Shown piece by piece: positions 1 to 7,692 of a stretch of 36,554 bases of DNA. The DNA is from Patescibacteria group bacterium (GTDB taxonomy: Bacteria > Patescibacteriota > Minisyncoccia > Phycocordibacterales > UBA9973), in the NCBI GenBank assembly GCA_038055775.1, contig JBBUHH010000064.1:1-36554 (forward strand), written 5' to 3'. The notes beneath the pieces are model-generated. The model was not told the DNA's origin, ran no database searches, and saw nothing but the letters and a program-made list of their open reading frames with translations. Within the stretch, counting starts at the first letter, position 1. The number at the start of each line of letters is the position of its first letter. Position numbers and translations under genes: made by a program.

Positions 1-53
1 TGAAAAGCGGAAACCGGGCAACTGGTTCGTGAGTTCGAATCTCACCTCCTCCG
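1..53 (+). tRNA. tRNA-Ser (anticodon TGA), 5' half cut off by the window edge
   Basis: T-arm GTGAG/TTCGAAT/CTCAC at 29-45. Acceptor 3' strand CTCCTCC plus discriminator G at 46-53. Long variable arm CCGG-GCAA-CTGG at 14-25 marks a type II tRNA. The window opens on TGA-AA, consistent with anticodon UGA plus positions 37-38. Confidence 0.55.
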
Positions 54-93
54 CAGATTATCCAAATACCAAAGATGTAGTATAATAGAACAT

Positions 94-513
94 ATGAGTA
101 AACAAAAAATTGTTTTGTCCGCGTTGCGTTATGTGATGGGTTTTATTTTTCTTTGGGCGTTTTTGGATAAAATGTTCGGTTGGGAATTTGCGACGACCGC
201 GGAAAACGCATGGATTAACGGAGGGTCGCCGACCTCCGGTTTCCTTTCCTTTGCGGTCCGAGGACCCTTCGCCGAATTTTTTCACGGCTTGGCGGGCGTG
301 GTTGCCATTGATTGGCTCTTTATGCTTGGACTGCTCTTCATCGGACTCTCGTTAGTATTTAACAAATTTGTAAAATGGGGCTGTATGGCCGGTTCCCTTT
401 TAATGCTGTTTATGTATCTTTCCCTGCTTTGGCCGGAGAATAACCCCCTCATTGACGAGCATATTGTTTATATTTTGGTCCTTATGCTTATTGCCTTAAG
501 AAGGGAGCAGTAA
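94..513 (+). CDS. DoxX-family integral membrane protein
   Basis: 139 aa with four hydrophobic helices. The N-terminal pattern LRYVMGFIFLWAFLDKMFG and overall size are typical of DoxX/DoxD-like proteins. TATAAT at 81-86 lies 7 nt before the ATG. Confidence 0.55.
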   Translation: MSKQKIVLSALRYVMGFIFLWAFLDKMFGWEFATTAENAWINGGSPTSGFLSFAVRGPFAEFFHGLAGVVAIDWLFMLGLLFIGLSLVFNKFVKWGCMAGSLLMLFMYLSLLWPENNPLIDEHIVYILVLMLIALRREQ

Positions 514-573
514 GGACCGCATTCTAGTTCCAAGTGCATTTTAATTTTTTCTCTTATTTGGTATAATTAGTTT

Positions 574-1047
574 ATGGAAAAGCTTGAATGGTCAGCCCTG
601 GAATACGAAGAAAAGGACAGGAGTTCCGACTGGTTTTTGGCGCTCGGGATTATCGTTGTGTGCAGTTCGGTCGCCGCATTTATTTTTGAAAATTATTTTT
701 TCGCGGCGCTTCTTTTGCTCTCCGGAGTACTGCTGGGATTTTTTGCGATCAAAAAACCAGACATGATTTCTTATGAGCTTTCAGACCGGGGATTGAAAAT
801 ACGAAATCAGTTTTATCATTACGAAAATATAAAATCTTTCTGGGTGCAGACAGACTCAAGCGGCGCAGGCGAGTTAAAACCCGCGCTTTTTGTAAAAACC
901 GAAAGAATGTTTATGCCCGTTATCTCAATACCGATAGAAGACGCTATGTCCGCAGACATCCATTCCATCATGATTTTCAAAAATGTCGCCGAAGAGGAAA
1001 TGCGGGAGCATGCGTCTTCCAAAATCATGGACTTTTTGGGCTTTTAA
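574..1047 (+). CDS. hypothetical membrane protein (two N-terminal TM helices plus a soluble C-terminal domain)
   Basis: 157-aa ORF. A hydrophobic hairpin FLALGIIVVCSSVAAFIF...FAALLLLSGVLLGFFAI is followed by a beta-rich domain. Extended -10 TGgTATAAT at 559-567 lies 6 nt before the ATG. No family recognised. Confidence 0.55.
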   Translation: MEKLEWSALEYEEKDRSSDWFLALGIIVVCSSVAAFIFENYFFAALLLLSGVLLGFFAIKKPDMISYELSDRGLKIRNQFYHYENIKSFWVQTDSSGAGELKPALFVKTERMFMPVISIPIEDAMSADIHSIMIFKNVAEEEMREHASSKIMDFLGF

Positions 1048-1091
1048 TTTTGCTTTTATTTTTTACCGAAAACTGCTAATCTGAATAAATT

Positions 1092-1165
1092 GCTCTCGTA
1101 GTTCAACGGATAGAATGCTGGCCTGCGAAGCTGGCGATCCAAGTTCGATTCTTGGCGAGAGCACC
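1092..1165 (+). tRNA. tRNA-Arg (anticodon GCG)
   Basis: Manual cloverleaf: acceptor GCTCTCG/CGAGAGC, D-arm GTTC-AACGGATA-GAAT, anticodon arm CTGGC-CTGCGAA-GCTGG (anticodon GCG), T-arm CCAAG-TTCGATT-CTTGG, discriminator A followed by CC. Confidence 0.8.
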
Positions 1166-1194
1166 TTGACTTTTTGGAGACAAAGTGCTATAAT
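1166..1194 (+). promoter_or_regulatory. sigma70-type promoter of the FN3/efflux operon
   Basis: TTGACT (1166-1171), 17-nt spacer, TATAAT (1189-1194). The ATG at 1201 lies 6 nt downstream. Confidence 0.5.
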
Positions 1195-1200
1195 GGAAGG

Positions 1201-2172
1201 ATGGTTAAAAAACCAGTTAAATTAGGCGCGATGGTCCTTTTGGGAACTGTGTTGTTTGTCTATTCCCCTGCCGTTGCTTACGCTTACAGTCCATATGTTA
1301 CTACTGGTAGCGCGACTGCCATCACCAGTAGTACTGCCATCTTGAATGGCTCGGTGAACGCGGACAATATGCCGACTTCCGTTTGGTTTGAATACAGTAC
1401 GGACAGTGGCCTTAGAGGTTCTCTTTCGGCAACCGCCTATCGTTTCACTTCCGGAAACAGCGGCAACATTGTCGCGAATATCGGGGGACTTTATCCAAAT
1501 ACCATTTATTATTTCCGCGCCGTGGCTCAAAATATGGACGGGAGAACTTATGGCAATATTTACTTGTTTACCACTCAATACAGCTACCCTGTCGTAAATA
1601 ATGTCTATGTATCTAATAATCCCGCCCAGCCGTTTTCCGCTATCACCGAACCTGTAAGCAACCTCGGAAGTACGAGCGTCCAGCTTCATGCTTTGGTGTA
1701 TAACGACACAAGCGCTTCTTCAAACACTTGGTTTGAATGGGGAACAAACGGGAATTTGGGAAACAGGACCACAATGACGCAAACCGGAGTATTGCCAGCC
1801 GTCAAACGCGCCGATAGGCTGACAGGCCTCTCGCCCGGCACCACTTACTATTTCCGCGCTATGGCGGAAAATGCCTTGACGAGAAGCAATGGAAATGTTT
1901 TGAGTTTCACTACTAGCGGAGCAAAAGCAGTCGCAGCAGTTTCGGAAGCGCCCAGCACAACTAAAACAAATTCTGCGCCAACAACACCGGCAGAAAAAGA
2001 AAAGGTATCTTCCCTCTCAGCAAATGTTTTTGCTTCCGGTTCTTTCTTTCCAGAGAGTATTTTGGGATGGTCTGTCTTGATTATCCTCCTGCTTATTCTG
2101 ATAATCCTGGCGAAACATCTGTATCTTGATTTTGCTGTAAAAAAGTCACCGCCCGATTCCGGACACTCCTAA
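1201..2172 (+). CDS. membrane-anchored surface protein with two fibronectin type III-like repeats
   Basis: Signal/TM segment LGAMVLLGTVLFVYSPAVAYA. Two internal repeats (SVWFEYSTDSGL...TIYYFRAVAQN and NTWFEWGTNGNL...TTYYFRAMAEN). A Ser/Thr/Pro linker and a C-terminal TM helix WSVLIILLLILIILA. The ORF-track start at 1174 is TTG inside the promoter, so ATG 1201 is preferred. Confidence 0.7.
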   Translation: MVKKPVKLGAMVLLGTVLFVYSPAVAYAYSPYVTTGSATAITSSTAILNGSVNADNMPTSVWFEYSTDSGLRGSLSATAYRFTSGNSGNIVANIGGLYPNTIYYFRAVAQNMDGRTYGNIYLFTTQYSYPVVNNVYVSNNPAQPFSAITEPVSNLGSTSVQLHALVYNDTSASSNTWFEWGTNGNLGNRTTMTQTGVLPAVKRADRLTGLSPGTTYYFRAMAENALTRSNGNVLSFTTSGAKAVAAVSEAPSTTKTNSAPTTPAEKEKVSSLSANVFASGSFFPESILGWSVLIILLLILIILAKHLYLDFAVKKSPPDSGHS

Positions 2173-2212
2173 AAATGTGTGTTATAGTGAAATTATTCTC
2201 ATGCGACATAAA

Positions 2213-3895
2213 ATGAAGAAAGTCTTAAATGGAGTAAAGTCCTATATTATTTCCCACAAAATATTGAGCATCATTGCCCTGATTACGCTTTTAGGCGCCG
2301 GATACTGGGGATATATTAGATTATCGGGGGATAATGACGGCATCCGCTACATAACAGCCAAAGCGGAAAGGGGTGACATCGCCATTTCCGTCTCGGGTAG
2401 TGGACAGGTTTCCAGTTTTAATCAAGTTGATGTAAGAGCAAAAGCGTCCGGAAACGCGCTTTATATAGCCATGCAAGACGGAGAAAAAATAGGGGCGGGA
2501 GGATTGATTGCACAGTTGGACGACAAGGACGCAAAAAAAACCGTGCGCGATGCGGAAATAAATTTAGAATCGGCTAAAATCAGTCTAGAAAAACTGAAAA
2601 TAGAAAAATCGCGGGAAAATATGGATGCGGATTTGGCGAAGAGTTATAATGACGGATTTAATACCGTTTCCAATGTCTTTTTGGACCTGCCGGAAATTAT
2701 GACCGGTCTAAACGATATGTTTTTCGAGAGCGATTTAAGCACAGGACAATGGAATGTGGATTGGTATGAAGGGCAAGTCAAAAATACTGACAGCGGCAGG
2801 ACTAAAACATATAAACAAAATTTTGTGGATTCTTATCACACCGCGCTAAAATCTTATGAAGCAAATTTTGATAATTATAAAAACAGCGCGCGAGCTTCTG
2901 ATAATACAACCATTGAGGCGCTCATCGCGGAAACTTACGACAGCACAACGCTGATTTCTGACACTATCAAAAACGCGAATAACTTCATTGATTTCGTAAA
3001 TGATTCAATCCAAAAAAATAATTTCAGCCCGCCCTCAATCATTTCAGAACATAAGGCGACTTTGAGCGAGTACACCTCCGAAACAAACACGCATTTAGTT
3101 AATCTTCTTTCAAACACGACAAGTATAAAGAACTATAAGGATGCTTTCCAAAATGCCGGTTTGGATATAAAATCTTCGGAATTATCCCTGAAACAAAAAG
3201 AAAACGCGTCCCAAGATGCGAAGGATAAACTGGCGGATTATTTTATCCGCGCCCCTTTTGAAGGCGCTATCGCAAAGATTAATATCAAAAAATCGGATAG
3301 TGTGAGCGCGGGCGCCGTGGTTGCCACATTAATTACCAAAAAACAAATAGCGGAAATTTCTCTTAATGAAGTTGATGTGGCGAAAATAAAAATCGGGCAA
3401 AAAGCTGAGTTTGCTTTTGATGCAGTTCCCGACCTGAAAATTTCTGGAATTGTAGCCGACATTGATACGATCGGCGCTGTGTCACAGGGAGTCGTAACTT
3501 ATATTGTTAAAATAAGTTTTGATGCCCAAGATATCAGAGTAAAATCAGGAATGAGTGTGTCTGCCGAGATTATTACGGACGAAAAACGGGATGTATTGGT
3601 GATACCGAACAGCTCGGTAAAATCCCTGCCCGCCAATTCTGGGGTGGGACAAACCGGCAAAAATTATGTGGAAATATTTGGGGGATCTTCGGCCGTCCCT
3701 AGCAGGGTTTTTGTTGAAGTAGGTTTATCAAACGATTCACAAAGTGAGATTGTTTCCGGCATCAAAGAGGGCGATGAAATCGTTGTCAGAACAATCCTGC
3801 CTTCGGCAAGCGCGCCTGCAACTTCAGTTCCCAGTATTTTTGGCGCGGGAGGAAGTAGAACCTCTGGAGGAACAGTTAGATTCCAAACTCGATAA
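2213..3895 (+). CDS. HlyD/MacA-like membrane fusion (periplasmic adaptor) protein
   Basis: N-terminal TM helix, lipoyl/beta-barrel motifs (ERGDIAISVSGSGQV, IRAPFEGAIAKINIKKSDSV), and a very long helical middle region. It lies directly upstream of the MacB-type ATPase and permease. The ORF-track GTG at 2177 and ATG at 2201 are alternative starts. Confidence 0.75.
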   Translation: MKKVLNGVKSYIISHKILSIIALITLLGAGYWGYIRLSGDNDGIRYITAKAERGDIAISVSGSGQVSSFNQVDVRAKASGNALYIAMQDGEKIGAGGLIAQLDDKDAKKTVRDAEINLESAKISLEKLKIEKSRENMDADLAKSYNDGFNTVSNVFLDLPEIMTGLNDMFFESDLSTGQWNVDWYEGQVKNTDSGRTKTYKQNFVDSYHTALKSYEANFDNYKNSARASDNTTIEALIAETYDSTTLISDTIKNANNFIDFVNDSIQKNNFSPPSIISEHKATLSEYTSETNTHLVNLLSNTTSIKNYKDAFQNAGLDIKSSELSLKQKENASQDAKDKLADYFIRAPFEGAIAKINIKKSDSVSAGAVVATLITKKQIAEISLNEVDVAKIKIGQKAEFAFDAVPDLKISGIVADIDTIGAVSQGVVTYIVKISFDAQDIRVKSGMSVSAEIITDEKRDVLVIPNSSVKSLPANSGVGQTGKNYVEIFGGSSAVPSRVFVEVGLSNDSQSEIVSGIKEGDEIVVRTILPSASAPATSVPSIFGAGGSRTSGGTVRFQTR

Positions 3896-3901
3896 AATTT
3901 T

Positions 3902-4585
3902 ATGATAGAAGTAAAAAATATCACAAAAATCTACAAGACGGGAGATATGGAATTTCAAGCATTGAATAATGTTTCTTTCACCATAACGGACGGAGAATTT
4001 GTGGCGATTATGGGACCCTCGGGTTCCGGCAAGTCAACGCTGATGCATATTTTAGGGGCGCTAGACAGCCCGACTTCTGGAACTTATCTGCTTGATAGAA
4101 AAGATGTGTCTGTCCTGCCCGATGATGAACTGGCGGATATTCGGCGCAACAAAATCGGTTTCGTATTTCAAGCCTTTAATCTTTTACCGAGAACATCGGT
4201 ACTCAGAAATGTGATGTTGCCTTTAGTTTATGCCGGCGTGCAAGGCGGAAAAAGAATGGAAAAGGCAAAAGAGGCGCTTTTTGCCGCAGGTATGGATGAG
4301 GAACACTTCCACCATATGTCCAATCAAATCTCCGGCGGGCAAATCCAGCGGGTGGCTATCGCGAGAGCGCTAGTAAATAATCCGTCGCTCATTTTGGCCG
4401 ACGAACCGACGGGAAACCTGGATTCTAAAACCGGAGAAATCGTGATGGAAACTTTTCAAAAATTAAACAAAGAATTAAAGCGAACAATCATTTTGATTAC
4501 TCACGAACAAGAAATAGCCGAATACGCCAACAGGATTATTTTTTTAAAAGATGGAAAGCTGGTTGAAGACAGAAAAATAAAATGA
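3902..4585 (+). CDS. ABC transporter ATP-binding protein (MacB/LolD family)
   Basis: Walker [11 protein letters not shown]-loop, signature [14 protein letters not shown], Walker [14 protein letters not shown]-loop THE. Confidence 0.9.
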   Translation: MIEVKNITKIYKTGDMEFQALNNVSFTITDGEFVAIMGPSGSGKSTLMHILGALDSPTSGTYLLDRKDVSVLPDDELADIRRNKIGFVFQAFNLLPRTSVLRNVMLPLVYAGVQGGKRMEKAKEALFAAGMDEEHFHHMSNQISGGQIQRVAIARALVNNPSLILADEPTGNLDSKTGEIVMETFQKLNKELKRTIILITHEQEIAEYANRIIFLKDGKLVEDRKIK

Positions 4586-4659
4586 CCCATTCGAGAAATT
4601 CTCAGGCCATTCGCTCTGAGACTCAGGCTCGAAGAGGTCATAGTGAGTAAAACCGAACC

Positions 4660-5868
4660 ATGAAATTCAAAGATATAATACAAGAAACATGGAGTGCGCT
4701 TGCGGCCAACAAAATCCGTTCGGGTCTGACCATGCTTGGCATTGTCATAGGCATTGCTTCTGTTATCGCCATGGTTTCCATCGGCAACGGAGCAAAAGCG
4801 TCCATCCAATCAAGTATTGAAGGATTGGGTTCAAATCTTTTGACCATTCTTCCCGGAGTCATCCAGCCGGGACGAGGTATTGTTTCTTCCGGTCGTGGCA
4901 GCGCCCAAACATTAAAAAATGAAGATATTGATATTTTGAGAGAGATAGACGGAGTAAGCATGGTCTCCGCCGAATCCGCTCGCCGCTTTCAAATAGTCGC
5001 CGCCGGAAATAACACCAACACGACCGTGACTGGCACATTGCCGGAATATCTTACAGTTCACAATTTAAGTCTCTCAAGCGGCAATTTTATTTCCGACGGG
5101 AATCAGAGAAGCATCGGTAGGCAGGCGGTTTTGGGCGCCACGGTTGCAACCGACTTGTTCGGAGAAGAAGACCCCTTGGGAAAAACTATCCGCATTAATA
5201 AAATTAATTTTAATGTCATTGGAGTGCTGGTAAAAAAGGGAGGAGTCGGCTTTTCTGGACCGGATGACATGATCTTCGTTCCTCTCTCTACAATGCAAAA
5301 AATTCTCTCCGGGGAAGATTATCTTTCAACAATATGCCTGTCTGTCACGGATAAAGAAAAAATGTCTGCAGTAAAAGAGTTGGCAACACTCGCGCTTTTG
5401 GAAAAACACCGGGTGGCTGAAGCTGATTTTTCAATCATTTCGCAGGAAGATATTTTGGGCACACTTACTACTGTGATAGACACCTTCACGCTCTTTCTCG
5501 CGGCCATCGCTTCCATTTCGCTCTTAGTCGGCGGGATAGGCATAATGAATATGATGCTCACTACCGTCACCGAACGCACCCGCGAAATCGGGCTTAGGAA
5601 AGCCATCGGGGCGAAAAGGCGTGATATTAACATGCAATTTTTAGCAGAGGCTGTGATGCTCACATTTATGGGAGGGATTATAGGGGTCGCGCTTGGATGG
5701 CTCTTGTGTTTTATAGTGACATCGACAGGTCTCGTTAAAACACAAGTCTCTATATCTTCCGTGCTTTTGGCATTCGGAGTATCCGCCGGCATCGGCATAA
5801 TTTTCGGCTACTACCCCGCCCGCCGCGCCGCTATGCTAAATCCGATTGACGCACTAAGATATGAATAA
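4660..5868 (+). CDS. ABC transporter permease (MacB-type, FtsX-like with periplasmic core domain)
   Basis: 402 aa. An N-terminal TM helix, a roughly 220-aa extracytoplasmic domain, then a three-TM FtsX domain (IGGIGIMNMMLTTVTERTREIGLRKAIGA, YYPARRAAMLNPIDALRYE). Confidence 0.9.
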   Translation: MKFKDIIQETWSALAANKIRSGLTMLGIVIGIASVIAMVSIGNGAKASIQSSIEGLGSNLLTILPGVIQPGRGIVSSGRGSAQTLKNEDIDILREIDGVSMVSAESARRFQIVAAGNNTNTTVTGTLPEYLTVHNLSLSSGNFISDGNQRSIGRQAVLGATVATDLFGEEDPLGKTIRINKINFNVIGVLVKKGGVGFSGPDDMIFVPLSTMQKILSGEDYLSTICLSVTDKEKMSAVKELATLALLEKHRVAEADFSIISQEDILGTLTTVIDTFTLFLAAIASISLLVGGIGIMNMMLTTVTERTREIGLRKAIGAKRRDINMQFLAEAVMLTFMGGIIGVALGWLLCFIVTSTGLVKTQVSISSVLLAFGVSAGIGIIFGYYPARRAAMLNPIDALRYE

Positions 5869-6535
5869 AATTATGGAATCTTTTCCAATAAGAATAAATA
5901 AATACTTGGCTCTTAAAAAAATTTCCACCCGGCGCGGCGCGGATGAACTCGTTAAACAAAAAAAGGTTTTCATAAATGGAAAACTGGCAGTTCTTGGCGA
6001 TCAAGTAACTGAAAAAGACAAAGTTGAAGTAAAAGGCGCCGAGGAAAAAAAGTATGTATATTTTGCCTATAATAAGCCAGTTGGAATTGAGACAAATTCT
6101 CCGCGGGAAAATCTGTTTCCGCTCGGCAGATTAGATAAAGCTTCGCATGGACTTTTAATACTGACTAATGATGGCAGAATCACCGACGGTCTTTTGAATC
6201 CAAAATTTTTCCATGAAAAAGAATATCTTGTAAAAACTTCAAACAAACTCCGCTCAAACTTCAAACAAAAAATGGAAGCCGGCGTAAATATCGAGGGTTA
6301 CATGACAAAGCCCTGCAAAGTTCAAATCTTAAATGATTTCGCTTTTAGAGTCACCTTAACCGAAGGTAAAAAGCACCAAATCCGTCGGATGTGCTCGAAT
6401 CTTTTCCAAGAAGTTGCCGATCTAAAGCGCGAGCGGATAATGAATATCAAACTCGGCAAGCTGGGTTCAAACTCCACGCGCGAAATAAAAGGTGAGGAAC
6501 TGGCTACTTTTCTTCAGTTATTACTTAATCAGTAA
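5861..6535 (+). CDS. rRNA pseudouridine synthase (RsuA/RluF family, S4 domain plus catalytic domain)
   Basis: S4 motif RINKYLALKKISTRRGADELV and catalytic GRLDKASHGLLILTNDG, followed by KKHQIRRM. It overlaps the permease stop by 8 nt. Confidence 0.85.
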   Translation: MNKIMESFPIRINKYLALKKISTRRGADELVKQKKVFINGKLAVLGDQVTEKDKVEVKGAEEKKYVYFAYNKPVGIETNSPRENLFPLGRLDKASHGLLILTNDGRITDGLLNPKFFHEKEYLVKTSNKLRSNFKQKMEAGVNIEGYMTKPCKVQILNDFAFRVTLTEGKKHQIRRMCSNLFQEVADLKRERIMNIKLGKLGSNSTREIKGEELATFLQLLLNQ

Positions 6536-6599
6536 TTTCCAGTAAAGGTAGTCCTTGCTGGAATGCTGAAACTGACTCGAGTGTATGCTGTAAAAATAT

Positions 6600-6968
6600 T
6601 TAAATTACGCCTAAATATATACACAAAGCTATTAGTATAAGTATAGTCAATACTGCGGCAATACTTCTGATCTGGTTTTTACTCTGTGTCAAGATATTTC
6701 CGTCTATCATATTATTTTTTGAGACATAAGAAGTCATCTTTTTCATTAGAAAGTAAATCAAGATTAGTCCCCACGCAAAAAACCATATTATCATCTCAAC
6801 AAATCCATCCCACCCGCTGTTGTTGTCTAGACCGTCACTAGCATAGTGATAATCTACAGCTATACCAAATATGTATGTAGTAACTATAAAGATAGTAATA
6901 TAAACAAGAACTCTAAATGGTTTTCTCATATCATTCAATAATATCACAATTTCAACCATACACAACAT
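6600..6968 (-). CDS. hypothetical small membrane protein (three or four TM helices)
   Basis: 122-aa ORF, strongly hydrophobic, in a very AT-rich segment. No recognisable family. An ATG three codons downstream is an alternative start. Confidence 0.45.
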   Translation of the reverse strand: MLCMVEIVILLNDMRKPFRVLVYITIFIVTTYIFGIAVDYHYASDGLDNNSGWDGFVEMIIWFFAWGLILIYFLMKKMTSYVSKNNMIDGNILTQSKNQIRSIAAVLTILILIALCIYLGVI

Positions 6969-6981
6969 ATTACCATTAACT

Positions 6982-7011
6982 TAGTCATCCCAGTTCTTGT
7001 TGGGATGACTA
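6982..7011. terminator. 11-bp-stem hairpin overlapping the stop codon of the orphan ABC-F 3' fragment
   Basis: TAGTCATCCCA (6982-6992), 8-nt loop, TGGGATGACTA (7001-7011). A T-rich run follows only on the plus strand, so terminator function is uncertain. Confidence 0.35.
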
Positions 7012-7101
7012 CTTTTCTAGATCTAGTACTTCATCAATCCTGATTTGTTTGACAAATTCGGGTACATGCGAGACTGGGATCATTATGCCTTTAAGGTTTT
7101 C
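7009..7101 (-). pseudogene. orphan 3'-end fragment of an ABC-F ATPase gene (diverged duplicate of 7693-7785)
   Basis: The minus-strand reading gives ENLKGIMIPVSHVPEFVKQIRIDEVLDLEK-stop. The last 21 residues are identical to the C-terminus of the intact ABC-F gene, with 10 synonymous nucleotide differences. Confidence 0.75.
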
Positions 7102-7113
7102 CACAAATAGTGA

Positions 7114-7142
7114 TTGACAATCAATATGCTTTGTAATATCAT
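7114..7142 (+). promoter_or_regulatory. putative promoter of brnT-brnA
   Basis: TTGACA (7114-7119), 17 nt, TATCAT (7137-7142). The ATG at 7149 lies 6 nt downstream. Confidence 0.45.
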
Positions 7143-7148
7143 ACCTGA

Positions 7149-7427
7149 ATGAAGTATTTCGATTGGAGCGCTGAAAAGAATGAGCAATTGAAAATAGAAC
7201 GAGGGATGGATTTCAACGATATTGTAATTGCAATAAATGAAAACAACGTCTTAGACTATTACCCTCATCCAAATTTAAAAAAGTACCCAAATCAAACAGT
7301 ATATGTGATAAACATTAATAATTATGCTTACTTGGTCCCATGTGTAGTAGATATTAATAAAATATTTTTTAAAACCATTATACCCAGCCGAAAAGCAACA
7401 AAACATTATATAATTAATTCAAAATAA
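7149..7427 (+). CDS. brnT: BrnT-family (DUF497-like) type II toxin
   Basis: 92 aa. N-terminal F-x-W-x3-K-N pattern (YFDWSAEKNEQLKIERGMDFNDI) and C-terminal IIPSRKATKHY resemble BrnT ribonuclease toxins. It is followed 5 nt later by a BrnA-like gene. Confidence 0.65.
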   Translation: MKYFDWSAEKNEQLKIERGMDFNDIVIAINENNVLDYYPHPNLKKYPNQTVYVININNYAYLVPCVVDINKIFFKTIIPSRKATKHYIINSK

Positions 7428-7432
7428 ACTAT

Positions 7433-7690
7433 ATGAAATACTTTGAACTAGACAATTATGAAAAGGAGGTTTTAAAGGATTACGATCGAAGAAAAATCGT
7501 TCCAAACCCAAATCTTAAAGCAGAGATAAAACTCCTAAAAAAGTATGCCAAAGCTACTTTGGATAAAACCAAAAATATTAATATCAGAATTTCTGAAAGA
7601 GATTTGTGGAAAGTAAAAGCTTTGGCTTTTAAAAAAGGGTTGCCCTATCAGACTTTGATTAGTTCTATAATTCACCAAAACTCTGATTAA
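7433..7690 (+). CDS. brnA: BrnA/CopG-like antitoxin (ribbon-helix-helix)
   Basis: 85 aa. C-terminal INIRISERDLWKVKALAFKKGLPYQTLISSIIHQ matches the IRL-x-DL-x-LK...G-x-PYQTLI signature of BrnA-type antitoxins. Confidence 0.65.
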   Translation: MKYFELDNYEKEVLKDYDRRKIVPNPNLKAEIKLLKKYAKATLDKTKNINIRISERDLWKVKALAFKKGLPYQTLISSIIHQNSD

Positions 7691-7692
7691 TT

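Noticed and set aside
1222-1689. 155-aa minus-strand ORF and 69-aa plus-strand ORF inside the FN3 gene
   Set aside because: They are shadow ORFs of the repeat-containing surface protein gene. The FN3 frame has a signal peptide, an internal repeat structure and a promoter.
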